Both the position numbers and the translations under genes were made by a program. Shown piece after piece: positions 40,895-50,025 of a stretch of DNA of 64,000 nt. The stretch's first letter is position 1, and every line of letters begins with the position of its first letter. The notes under the pieces are model-generated. The model worked only from the letters and a program-made list of their open reading frames with translations, searched no databases and was not told where the DNA came from. The DNA is from a bacterium (GTDB lineage Bacteria > Zhuqueibacterota > Zhuqueibacteria > Residuimicrobiales > Krinioviventaceae), in assembly GCA_963693055.1 (NCBI GenBank), contig OY843751.1, forward strand, positions 4,288,001-4,352,000, read 5' to 3'.

Positions 40895-42040
40895 ATGAAA
40901 TCATCATTTACTTTAAAAAGTTTCCTTTCAATTATTCTTACCGGCATTTCCCTTGCATTCCCTGCCGAAGAAGGTGTCTTTGCTGTTATCTCTCCTACTG
41001 CAACATTCGATAATAGACCCATGCTTTGGAAAAACCGATACAGCGACAGCACCAATACAGCGTTGCATGCCTTTAGAGGGAAAAAATACGACTATATCGG
41101 TTTGATAAAAAACAATGATACTACAGCAGTACTTGCAGGACAAAACACATCTGGGTTTGCCCTGGTATTCAATACACCGATGGACAGTAAAGATACTCTC
41201 TCAATAAACCCGGCGGTTCTGGTTAAATCTGCATTAGGAGAATGTGCAACAGTACAGGAATTTAAAGCATTGCTTAACACCCAAAACTGTTCATCCATAT
41301 TTGGCTGCTTTGACAATCGTGGCAATTGTTCTGTTTTGGAATCAACACCAAATTCTGTCATTGATTTCAATATCTCAAATCCAGAAACCGCACCAAACGG
41401 ATTTCTGGTGCGGCAGCAATTTTCTATGAGTGCCATAGCTCAACTCGAGTCAGATTCATGGTCATACCACCGCGCAAAATATATATTAAATCAACAGGCA
41501 GCACGTAAAAACATTGATTCTCAATACCTGCTTCAAGTTGTAGCGAGGGATGTAACAAGTAAAGATCTCGATCCTGCTCCCCTGCCCTTTAACGGACGCT
41601 ACAAAGACGCGCCAAAACAATTTGTAAAGACAGAAAACACTATAAACAGCTACCGCACAACCAATGCCTTTGTCTTTTATGGTTCCTCTCCTAATAAACC
41701 AGGACAAGCAGGATTTTATTACATTGCAGGGGATCCGTTATGTGGTGTTGCTGTTCCCCTCTGGCCGGATTGTGGCGAGGTCCCCAAATCATTACAGGGT
41801 AATGGCTATTTTTCTACCAGCAGTGCTATTGCAACAATACATAAAAGAATATATCACAAATCCAAATGGCCGCACTTTTTTGATTCAAAATTGCTGGCCA
41901 AAGGCAACAAATCAGTTTATAAAAGAAACCTCGAATTTGAGCAGAAAATGCTTAGTACTATATTTTCTGTATCAGATAACACTAATCTTTTAGAAACTCA
42001 GCAATACTGGGCACAACAGGCTTTTAAATTGCTGAAATAA
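40895..42040 (+). CDS. Secreted Ntn-hydrolase-like protein (C45/C69-like), catalytic Cys apparently missing
   Basis: A signal peptide is followed by GVFAVISPTATFDNRPMLWKNR, which resembles the CT.AVISG..T.DGRPLLWKNRD start of this family. Confidence 0.55.
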   Translation: MKSSFTLKSFLSIILTGISLAFPAEEGVFAVISPTATFDNRPMLWKNRYSDSTNTALHAFRGKKYDYIGLIKNNDTTAVLAGQNTSGFALVFNTPMDSKDTLSINPAVLVKSALGECATVQEFKALLNTQNCSSIFGCFDNRGNCSVLESTPNSVIDFNISNPETAPNGFLVRQQFSMSAIAQLESDSWSYHRAKYILNQQAARKNIDSQYLLQVVARDVTSKDLDPAPLPFNGRYKDAPKQFVKTENTINSYRTTNAFVFYGSSPNKPGQAGFYYIAGDPLCGVAVPLWPDCGEVPKSLQGNGYFSTSSAIATIHKRIYHKSKWPHFFDSKLLAKGNKSVYKRNLEFEQKMLSTIFSVSDNTNLLETQQYWAQQAFKLLK

Positions 42041-42078
42041 TTACTATTTTAAAATCCTATTCAAGTTTTGGAGTTGTT

Positions 42079-43893
42079 GTGTCAGGCAAAATTCCTGCGG
42101 ATAAAATTGAACAAGTAAGATTGGCTTCAGACATTGTTGAAGTGGTTTCCCGCTATTTAACATTAAAAAAAAGCGGCAAAAACTATTTTGGTATATGTCC
42201 ATTTCATAAAGAAAAAACACCCTCTTTTAGCGTAAACGTTGAAAAACAGATTTTTCACTGTTTTGGGTGTGGTGAAGGCGGCAATGTTTTCAATTTTGTT
42301 ATGCGAACAGAAAATATTACATTTCCCGAATCCATTCGTCTACTTGCCAAACAGGCAGGTATCGAAATTCCTGAAGATGAAGAAAATCTTGCAGATTATC
42401 GCCATAAAGAGGCATTATTTTACGCCAACAACCTGGCAAAATCCTTTTATCTACACAACCTGATTTCCGAAAAATCCGCCCAAAAAGCTCGTGATTACCT
42501 GGCAGATCGCGGAATAGGCCCAGACCTCTATGAAAAATATGGTATCGGTTACGCGCTAGACGGTTGGGACAATCTCATCAAACACGCAAAAGAAAAAACA
42601 GTCAAAACAGAAGTCCTGTTTCAGGCGGGTCTTGTTCTGCAAAATAAAGAAGGCGGATATTACGATCGTTTTCGCGGACGGGTAACGTTTGCTATCCACA
42701 ATACCAGCGGGCAGGTTGTAGGGTTTGGTGCCCGGCGTATTATAAACGACAACTCGCCCAAATATATAAACACACCCGAAACGGATGTTTACCAAAAACG
42801 TCAGGTACTTTACAATCTTCATAACGCGCGTGAAGCCATACGTGAAAATGACCATGTCATTATCGTTGAAGGCTATACCGATATTACCGGAATGGCAATG
42901 AAACAGTTTAACAACTGTGTAGCAACATCCGGTACGGCACTTACCGCTGACCATGCTGCATTGCTTCATCGCTATACCAAAAACGCGACCTTGTTATTCG
43001 ATGGTGATTCAGCCGGTGCTTCAGCTGCCGTGCGTGGTGCTGAAATTTTGATGGAAAACGGTATGGATATTAACATATGCCTGTTACCCGGTGGCCAGGA
43101 TCCGGACGAATATGCACGCAATAACGATCACCAAACCATAAAGACATTTCTTGCCAAAGCACAACCCTATGTTGACTTTAGACTGGATCAATTTAAAAAC
43201 GTTGACAAGGGCGAAAATGCCGCTCAAAAATCAGATCTTACCCGTGATCTTTTAATGACCTATGCTAAAGTGACTGATCCTATTAAACGCGCATATATGG
43301 TAAAAGAATTGTCTGAAAAACTGAAACTGGAAGAAAGTATTCTCTGGAACGAAATAAAAAAAATGCAGCGTCATGTTCCCAAACCTATTACTGAACAACA
43401 GGCAAAAGCAGCCCCGATAAAAGACCCCTCATTTTTTTCAAGCAAACGGGGAGCGGCAGAACTGGGTTTAATGACTTCGGTATTTTTATTTCCCGAACTC
43501 ATCCCGGACATTCTAAAAAATGCCAGTCTGGATCTGTTCAGCCATCCGGAAATACATGACTTTTTTCATCATCTTGAAACAGACAAGGTCGAATCCAATA
43601 ATTTTGATGGAACCCGTTACCTGTCATTCATCGAAGATCCATATATAGCCCGGAATCTTTCGCAGCTTTTAGCTACAGACAACCAATCAGACAATCAAAA
43701 ATCAGTTACCCAATACGCCAAAGATTGTATAATTACCATCCAATTGTCTATAGTAGATATTGAAATTCAAAACGCTCGCAAAGAATTGCAAAATGGTACG
43801 GCTGTAAATCCCAAAGAGGTATTGGAAAGGATCCAATTTCTGCTTCAAAAAAGAAAAGAAATAACAGTCGGTTCCTTTATTTCCTTTAACTAA
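42079..43893 (+). CDS. dnaG: DNA primase
   Basis: CPFHKEKTPSF..HCFGC zinc finger, YDRFRGR, PKYINTPET, VEGYTD, FDGDSAG and DPDE. Confidence 0.97.
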   Translation: MSGKIPADKIEQVRLASDIVEVVSRYLTLKKSGKNYFGICPFHKEKTPSFSVNVEKQIFHCFGCGEGGNVFNFVMRTENITFPESIRLLAKQAGIEIPEDEENLADYRHKEALFYANNLAKSFYLHNLISEKSAQKARDYLADRGIGPDLYEKYGIGYALDGWDNLIKHAKEKTVKTEVLFQAGLVLQNKEGGYYDRFRGRVTFAIHNTSGQVVGFGARRIINDNSPKYINTPETDVYQKRQVLYNLHNAREAIRENDHVIIVEGYTDITGMAMKQFNNCVATSGTALTADHAALLHRYTKNATLLFDGDSAGASAAVRGAEILMENGMDINICLLPGGQDPDEYARNNDHQTIKTFLAKAQPYVDFRLDQFKNVDKGENAAQKSDLTRDLLMTYAKVTDPIKRAYMVKELSEKLKLEESILWNEIKKMQRHVPKPITEQQAKAAPIKDPSFFSSKRGAAELGLMTSVFLFPELIPDILKNASLDLFSHPEIHDFFHHLETDKVESNNFDGTRYLSFIEDPYIARNLSQLLATDNQSDNQKSVTQYAKDCIITIQLSIVDIEIQNARKELQNGTAVNPKEVLERIQFLLQKRKEITVGSFISFN

Positions 43894-43968
43894 CACATTA
43901 AGTGAATCCTTATTCACAACAGTCTTGAGCATATAGTCGTAAATTTTCTCGAAATTTTTGTTTTTTTG

Positions 43969-43997
43969 TTGACAATATATTAGTTTTTTAATATATT
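43969..43997 (+). promoter_or_regulatory. Sigma70-like promoter upstream of the peptide gene
   Basis: TTGACA-17bp-TATATT with an A/T-rich upstream element. Confidence 0.6.
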
Positions 43998-44158
43998 CAT
44001 GTTGCGGTTATAGGTAATCACTAAAACAGGAGGGGTAAAAGAACCAAAATAGTTTAACATTATTGTATCTGCTATACTGAATTAGTATTAAATCAGTAAA
44101 ATCTTCCCTACCGAGAACAAGAGTCATGTCAATCAAACCTTAAAAAAGGAGATTCGAC

Positions 44159-44458
44159 ATGAGAAAGAGTTTTATTTTTATTATGGTAGGGTTAGCATAC
44201 GTTGTAATAGCCATGGCTGCATCATGGGCAAACACGTCTAATGCTCTGGACAAAACGCTGGCAATCATTGGACTTTCACAAGAAGCAGAAACCAGCACTA
44301 TACAGCAGATATCCGATGAGTTGAAACCTATGTCCGACAACACTAAAGGAGAAAAAGAGCAGCAAAAGACAAATATCCTTAAAAATTCAAGCAACTTGTT
44401 AGCTTATTATGTTCCGGTACCGCCTCCGGGTAATCCAGGTACCGATCCCAAAGACTGA
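44159..44458 (+). CDS. Small secreted pre-pro-peptide with Pro-rich C-terminus
   Basis: AGGAG RBS, Sec-type signal, polar spacer, and C-terminus LLAYYVPVPPPGNPGTDPKD. Confidence 0.75.
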   Translation: MRKSFIFIMVGLAYVVIAMAASWANTSNALDKTLAIIGLSQEAETSTIQQISDELKPMSDNTKGEKEQQKTNILKNSSNLLAYYVPVPPPGNPGTDPKD

Positions 44459-44530
44459 TTTTAGAAAATTTGATAATACACTTTACGAGCAACTAATACA
44501 TATTGACATGATCTTTTGTTCGAGGTACCT

Positions 44531-45604
44531 ATGATTAAAGGCAGATATAATTTCACATTGATAACCAAAATACTAAACAGTTGGGTATTGTGTTTAGTAT
44601 TTTTGGTTATTATTTCATATTTGCCACATTGGCCAATGCCAATCTCCAGTTGGATCAATCTTGGGCTATACGCCTTGTCCTTTATTCTTACTTTTTCAAT
44701 ACTCATCAAAGATAAATACAGCTTTTTTACGTTTGTACCATTTTCATTATTTTTTCTGGGTTGCCTGTTACTGTTACCCGCAATGTTTATTGGCGATGAT
44801 TTGATATTCGGCAGCAACCTGGTATCCATCCTTTATTACAAATATATCTTTTTATTTTGTATTTTCATGTTTGCCTTTGCGGTATTGAATTATGCTTCGC
44901 AGGTTGCATTGACCCCAAAACGGCAATGGATCCTTTTCCTGGCATCATTCGCATTTACTATGGGAGTCTTTGTATTTCATTTTCACGATATCTTTTCTCC
45001 CGAAGTAACAAACATATTTAATAAAAAGTTTTTCCAGGGCTCGCTCACCTATCATCTGTTACCTGTAGTAGCATTGTTTTCATATGGCATTTTAAATCCC
45101 TATTTGAGACCCAGGTATGGTGAGTATTCTCACTCTATCATGACCGTTCTTGCATTACTAAGCATCCGTGAACTAGGAACTGCCATCTCTGAACTGAAAC
45201 ACGTTTTTCTTTTCGGAATTGACCAGATTTTCCTCACACTTGCTTTAATTTTGTTAAACTTTTTTCTTTTCAAGAAATACAACTTTTTATCTTCAACAAC
45301 CGGTGCAATTTATTCTCAAATTGTCAACAATGATCTGGATATTGGAAACATGCGGCTCGAAAGTCGGGACAGAAAAGGTTTTAAAATCTTTGCCGCTTTT
45401 GTATTTTATTTTTACCAGAGGAAAAACATCATTCTCCCCTTTCTCTTAATGCTGGTTGTTGGGTTTAAATATCTCAATCCACCGATAATAGTAAGTCTGA
45501 ATATACTTGCATTTGCTATTGTCACTTTTTTTGTCTTTTTCTACTTTATTGTTATATATAATAAAAAGAACAAGAATCAAGATTTTTACATTCAAAAGAT
45601 ATAA
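44531..45604 (+). CDS. Polytopic membrane protein (~10-11 TM), unknown family
   Basis: GAGGT RBS before ATG 44531, 10-11 hydrophobic segments, and no catalytic domain recognised. Confidence 0.75.
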   Translation: MIKGRYNFTLITKILNSWVLCLVFLVIISYLPHWPMPISSWINLGLYALSFILTFSILIKDKYSFFTFVPFSLFFLGCLLLLPAMFIGDDLIFGSNLVSILYYKYIFLFCIFMFAFAVLNYASQVALTPKRQWILFLASFAFTMGVFVFHFHDIFSPEVTNIFNKKFFQGSLTYHLLPVVALFSYGILNPYLRPRYGEYSHSIMTVLALLSIRELGTAISELKHVFLFGIDQIFLTLALILLNFFLFKKYNFLSSTTGAIYSQIVNNDLDIGNMRLESRDRKGFKIFAAFVFYFYQRKNIILPFLLMLVVGFKYLNPPIIVSLNILAFAIVTFFVFFYFIVIYNKKNKNQDFYIQKI

Positions 45605-45641
45605 AGGAACTAATTCATGAACAACATAACTGGGAGTAACT

Positions 45642-46550
45642 ATGGGTAGGGGTAAAAACAAAATACTGGGCAAAAGTTCAGAGATCAGCCGGGTACGGCG
45701 ATCTGTGAAAGCAATGAATGACAAGAAGGAAAATGTCTTGTTGGTTGGCGAAGTTGGCAGCGGACGCGCGCTGATTGCGGCTCAACTCCATGAAACCGGC
45801 GACCGTAAAGACAAAAAAATGGTTACCGTACTATGCAGTGCCATTGATGACACAATAGAACCTGATACTATTTTTGGCAATTCCAAAGATCCGGCAGTAT
45901 ATAATGGTGAACTGGATGCGAAAGAAGGTACTATCTATTTTGACAGTGTCGATCAATTATCTGCAGAATTGCAAAACAGATTGTACAATTTCATTTCTAC
46001 TGTCAATCCAAAATCCTTGAATGCTCGTATTATTGCTTCAGCAGATCCATCGCTTGAAAACAAAATACGTGAAGGTGAGTTTAAACTTGAACTTTTTCAA
46101 AAACTGGACGAGTTTAGAATCAACATTCCTTCTATTCGGGAAAGAAAACAGGATATTCCATTTCTATTCAGCCACTTTTTAGATAATTTCTGTGCCGAAT
46201 ATGAAAAACCGCTTCCAACAGTACCTTTTGATATTTTTGAAGCAATTCTGGAATATGACTGGCCAGGTAATGTAAGTGAACTAAAGAACAGCGTTAGAAA
46301 CCTGGTTATCATGTCTCCTGTGGGAGAGTTGTCACCGGAATTTTTACCATTCCGCGTTCAACCCAATCCACTCGAAGTGCTGGCAAGCCGCGACCTTACC
46401 TCTGCTGTTTCCGAGGTAGAAAAATTCCTGATCCGCAAAGCGCTTGCCCGTTACGAAGGCAACCAGTCAAAAGCAGCACAGTTGTTACAGGTTTCGGAAG
46501 CCACATTGCGTTATAAAATGAAAAAATACGGCTTTCAAAACATTAAATAA
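45642..46550 (+). CDS. Degenerate sigma54-activator-like regulator (AAA+ core + Fis HTH, no sensor domain)
   Basis: GEVGSGRA, GTIYFDSVD, IPSIRERKQDI, YDWPGNVSELKN and GNQSKAAQLLQVSEATLRYKMKKYG. GAFTGA is absent. Confidence 0.85.
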   Translation: MGRGKNKILGKSSEISRVRRSVKAMNDKKENVLLVGEVGSGRALIAAQLHETGDRKDKKMVTVLCSAIDDTIEPDTIFGNSKDPAVYNGELDAKEGTIYFDSVDQLSAELQNRLYNFISTVNPKSLNARIIASADPSLENKIREGEFKLELFQKLDEFRINIPSIRERKQDIPFLFSHFLDNFCAEYEKPLPTVPFDIFEAILEYDWPGNVSELKNSVRNLVIMSPVGELSPEFLPFRVQPNPLEVLASRDLTSAVSEVEKFLIRKALARYEGNQSKAAQLLQVSEATLRYKMKKYGFQNIK

Positions 46551-46576
46551 ATACCGGGGATGGATTCTGTACGGAT

Positions 46577-47344
46577 TTAGGCAATATATCTAAATGTATT
46601 CCTGAATTCGTGCAAACCCATCAATTTTAATCCCGCATTTATTCCTTTATTTTGCTGTTCCTGATCATTATATCCCCATTCAGCCATAACGCATCGGATA
46701 TTTGTATCTTTAATTTTTAATAAAGTGTCAACCTGATCATCCACATACCAGATCTGATCTGCAGGTAATTGGTGTTTTTGCTGAATATCGAGTAATATTG
46801 ATCGCTTACTGCGCTGTTTGTCTGCGGTAAAAAGATTTTCTTGAACCAATGTAATATTTCGGTTTGCTAACAGCTTTATCACAAAGTCTATTTTCTTTGT
46901 GGTAATGATATACAGGTTTTCCTTCACAGGAAAATTTAACATGTAATCAGCCATTCCCTCATACATGGGATTCAATTCCAGCCACAAATCCAAATGGTTG
47001 CTCGAAATATCTTCTCTTACCCGGTAAAAAGAGTCGAAAAATCCCTGCCATCGCTCTTTGTGCTCATTGGCAAATCTGTCAAAGTCCTGTTGATTATTGA
47101 TCTCTACACCTTTTTCAATGGCTAACAGTATGAATAAAAAATCTGCGCCTGCACGGATATAATTCCGGATTCGTTTAAATGTATCTACCAAAGAATCATC
47201 CAACGCTTCAGGAGAGCTAATCCTATCATCTCCCTCCAGTCCATAATATGCATTATAAGCGACAATTAAACATTCATTTACACTATTGCCAATTACTCCA
47301 TCAAAATCCAGAGCAAGTATGTGTTCTTTAACATTGAATTCCAT
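46577..47344 (-). CDS. HAD-superfamily hydrolase
   Basis: LDFDGVIGNS, IITTK, YVDD and EWGYN. Confidence 0.8.
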   Translation of the reverse strand: MEFNVKEHILALDFDGVIGNSVNECLIVAYNAYYGLEGDDRISSPEALDDSLVDTFKRIRNYIRAGADFLFILLAIEKGVEINNQQDFDRFANEHKERWQGFFDSFYRVREDISSNHLDLWLELNPMYEGMADYMLNFPVKENLYIITTKKIDFVIKLLANRNITLVQENLFTADKQRSKRSILLDIQQKHQLPADQIWYVDDQVDTLLKIKDTNIRCVMAEWGYNDQEQQNKGINAGLKLMGLHEFRNTFRYIA

Positions 47345-47424
47345 TGTATCTCCTGACTTTTTTAAAGATAGTAAATTTTTCCATCAAAAAAAAATCCTTG
47401 TTCTCTAAATATCACAAATAAATC

Positions 47425-47453
47425 TTGACATCAAAAAAAAAAATCAATACATT
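47425..47453 (+). promoter_or_regulatory. Sigma70 promoter of trpL-trpB2
   Basis: TTGACA-17bp-TACATT, with an A11 run in the spacer. Confidence 0.65.
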
Positions 47454-47484
47454 CTTTTAATCATTATTGAGGATTTTTAACACT

Positions 47485-47556
47485 ATGACAAAACAAAACA
47501 ACAACTGGCAATTTACCTGGGCTTGGTGGTGGAATATGTTTTGTTATAGTGGGTAA
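47485..47556 (+). CDS. trpL: Trp-rich leader peptide MTKQNNNWQFTWAWWWNMFCYSG
   Basis: GAGGA RBS and five TGG codons among 23, three of them consecutive. It precedes a terminator and trpB2 and is below the ORF track cutoff. Confidence 0.85.
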   Translation: MTKQNNNWQFTWAWWWNMFCYSG

Positions 47557-47590
47557 GAGCAGATAAACCTTAAAATTTTTTAATATACTC

Positions 47591-47623
47591 AAGCCCGCTT
47601 AAATTCAAGCGGGCTTTTTTTTT
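47591..47623 (+). terminator. Attenuator terminator
   Basis: AAGCCCGCTT-AAATTC-AAGCGGGCTT plus a T-run, located between trpL and trpB2. Confidence 0.88.
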
Positions 47624-47666
47624 GTAATTAATTTTTTTTATTAGTCTTTTAATTGATGGAGGAAAC

Positions 47667-49043
47667 ATGAGCGCCACTAAAATTCTTCTCAGCGAACAAG
47701 ATATGCCAAGACAATGGTATAACCTTGCCGCAGATTTACCCAAACCACCATTACCACCATTGGGTCCTGATGGAAATCCCGTATCACCAGAAATGCTTGC
47801 ACCGGTTTTCCCAATGAACCTGATTGAACAAGAAGTAAGCACCCAACGTTGGATTGATATTCCAGAAAAAGTGCTTGAAATCTATAAAATGTGGCGTCCT
47901 TCACCCCTGTATCGCGCAAAACGTTTAGAAGCCCTGCTTGATACTCCGGCACGAATTTATTTCAAAAATGAAGGCGTTAGCCCTGCAGGTAGTCACAAAC
48001 CCAATACTGCCATTGCACAAGCATATTATAACAAAGAATTTGGTATTAAACGTCTGACTACAGAAACAGGCGCAGGACAATGGGGAAGTGCCCTCAGTTT
48101 TGCATGTGCTCTGATTGGTTTGGAATGTAAAGTATATATGGTACGCATCAGTTTTGATCAAAAACCCTTCCGCCGGTTAATGATGGAAACCTGGGGCGGC
48201 AAATGTATCCCCAGTCCCAGTACCGAAACCAATGCCGGTCGTCAAATTCTTGAAGAAAACCCGGACACTCCCGGAAGTCTCGGTATCGCCATCAGTGAAG
48301 CGGTAGAAGCTGCTGTTTCTGATCCTACCGGCGAAACCCGTTATTCATTGGGTAGTGTATTGAACCATGTTATGTTGCACCAGACCATTATTGGTCAGGA
48401 AACTAAAAAACAACTTGAAATTGCCGGTGAAAAACTGCCGGATGTTGTTATCGGCTGTGCTGGCGGTGGTAGTAACTTTGCCGGTCTTGCATTCCCCTTT
48501 GTATTAGATAAAGTAAACGGTGCGGAAATTGATATCATTCCGGTTGAACCTTCCTCTTGTCCTACCTTAACCAAAGCCCCATTCCATTATGATTTTGGTG
48601 ACAATGCGGAAATGACACCACTCATGGCTATGCACTCACTGGGACACAAGTTTGTACCACCCCCAATCCATGCAGGAGGATTGCGTTACCACGGTATGGC
48701 TCCATTGGTAAGCCATGCGGTTGAACTGGGTCTTATGAATCCATTGGCACTTGACCAGTTGGAATGCTACGAAGCAGCGATTACCTTTGCACGTACTGAA
48801 GGTTTTATTTCTGCTCCCGAAACGTCTCACGCTATTGCGGCTGCAATTCGTGAAGCGAAAAAAGCCAAAGAAGAAGGTAAAGAAAAAGTTATCGTTTTCA
48901 ACTGGAGTGGTCATGGATTGATGGATCTTACCGGTTACGATGCATACATGCGCGGAAAACTGATCAACTATCCATTACCGGAAGAAGATATTGCAAAATC
49001 TATATCTGTTTTGGAAAACCTGCCCAAAGCAGTAATCAAATAA
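47667..49043 (+). CDS. trpB2: Tryptophan synthase beta chain 2 (TrpB2, TrpB-like PLP enzyme)
   Basis: [46 protein letters not shown] and SGHG. Confidence 0.95.
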   Translation: MSATKILLSEQDMPRQWYNLAADLPKPPLPPLGPDGNPVSPEMLAPVFPMNLIEQEVSTQRWIDIPEKVLEIYKMWRPSPLYRAKRLEALLDTPARIYFKNEGVSPAGSHKPNTAIAQAYYNKEFGIKRLTTETGAGQWGSALSFACALIGLECKVYMVRISFDQKPFRRLMMETWGGKCIPSPSTETNAGRQILEENPDTPGSLGIAISEAVEAAVSDPTGETRYSLGSVLNHVMLHQTIIGQETKKQLEIAGEKLPDVVIGCAGGGSNFAGLAFPFVLDKVNGAEIDIIPVEPSSCPTLTKAPFHYDFGDNAEMTPLMAMHSLGHKFVPPPIHAGGLRYHGMAPLVSHAVELGLMNPLALDQLECYEAAITFARTEGFISAPETSHAIAAAIREAKKAKEEGKEKVIVFNWSGHGLMDLTGYDAYMRGKLINYPLPEEDIAKSISVLENLPKAVIK

Positions 49044-49051
49044 TTCTATTT

Positions 49052-49092
49052 ACCGGAATTTGCCTTTTGGGCAGATTCCGGTTTTTTATTTT
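49052..49092 (+). terminator. Intrinsic terminator after trpB2
   Basis: ACCGGAATTTGCC..GGCAGATTCCGGT plus a T-run. Confidence 0.75.
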
Positions 49093-49105
49093 TTAGGCAC
49101 ATATT

Positions 49106-49363
49106 ATGATTGATCAACACGATAAACTTGAAAAACGCTGTCCCATGCTGGGGCACCCTATCCATTTTCACTATTGCAGGACCACCACAAAAGATACGCC
49201 CTGCCGTAAAATCATGGACTGCTGGTTCGAACAAATCCCCATTCAGGAATTTGTAAAAGAACATTTTACTGAGGAAATGATAACTGCCATGGAACAGCCC
49301 CCCAAACCCAAAATGCTCAGCCTCATCGAACTCATCGAAAAAGCAAAAAAGTCTCAGGAATAG
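49106..49363 (+). CDS. Small Cys-rich conserved hypothetical protein
   Basis: RCPMLGH..FHYCR..PCRKIMDCW..PPKPKMLSLIELIEKAK, with four Cys suggesting metal binding. Confidence 0.75.
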   Translation: MIDQHDKLEKRCPMLGHPIHFHYCRTTTKDTPCRKIMDCWFEQIPIQEFVKEHFTEEMITAMEQPPKPKMLSLIELIEKAKKSQE

Positions 49364-49439
49364 ACGATAAATTACTCCAATTACCCCTGCGCCCTCCGCG
49401 TTAAAACAAACTTATCCTATAATTTTTGTGCCAAAATAT

Positions 49440-49880
49440 TTATTTCCCTGTCAAACCAAGATGCTTAAAATCATCCTTGGTTAATTTAGTTGACTCTACT
49501 ATTTCCCGATTTAATAAATCTTTACGAATTGCAACATAAAAATCACCTAAAGCTTGTTCACGCTCCTTATCTGAAAATTTATTATTGTTATGCACTGTTT
49601 CTAAAAATTCATAACCTTTTTTAATAACATCATCAGATGTATATAACCAGCATTTATTAAGTTCATCCAGGAATTTTAATTTCATTAATGAATCGCTAGA
49701 CGAATCATAGAATCCTCGAGAGCATTCAATTAATACAGAATAACTTTTTTCTTTACGAATATACTGTTCCCATTTTAACTTTTCCATTGAATCGCAATGC
49801 CATACAAATAATGTAATTAAAACTGGGATTAAAATCTTAATAGAATCAACGATTTGTAAATCTTTTTTATATCTTTTCAT
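49440..49880 (-). CDS. Hypothetical protein with N-terminal TM helix (AT-rich islet)
   Basis: GAGGA RBS, one hydrophobic segment, and a helical charged remainder. Confidence 0.65.
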   Translation of the reverse strand: MKRYKKDLQIVDSIKILIPVLITLFVWHCDSMEKLKWEQYIRKEKSYSVLIECSRGFYDSSSDSLMKLKFLDELNKCWLYTSDDVIKKGYEFLETVHNNNKFSDKEREQALGDFYVAIRKDLLNREIVESTKLTKDDFKHLGLTGK

Positions 49881-50025
49881 AAATCCTCTAATGTCATATA
49901 CCTTTTAACCATTAATCTTTGGTAGTATTCCGCACTAATTTAAAGAGCATTACATCTTTATCTATTGTTGATATAGTTGATCTCAATGTATCTGAAGCAA
50001 TGGATAAGAAACTTTTTCAATTTAA

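Noticed and set aside
44159-44458. RiPP precursor interpretation of the small peptide
   Set aside because: No modifying enzyme or peptidase-ABC transporter is nearby, there is no Cys and no double-Gly leader, and a Sec-type signal is present instead.
43894-45641. Sigma54 -24/-12 promoter for the peptide module
   Set aside because: No TGGCAC-N5-TTGC match was seen, consistent with the regulator lacking GAFTGA.
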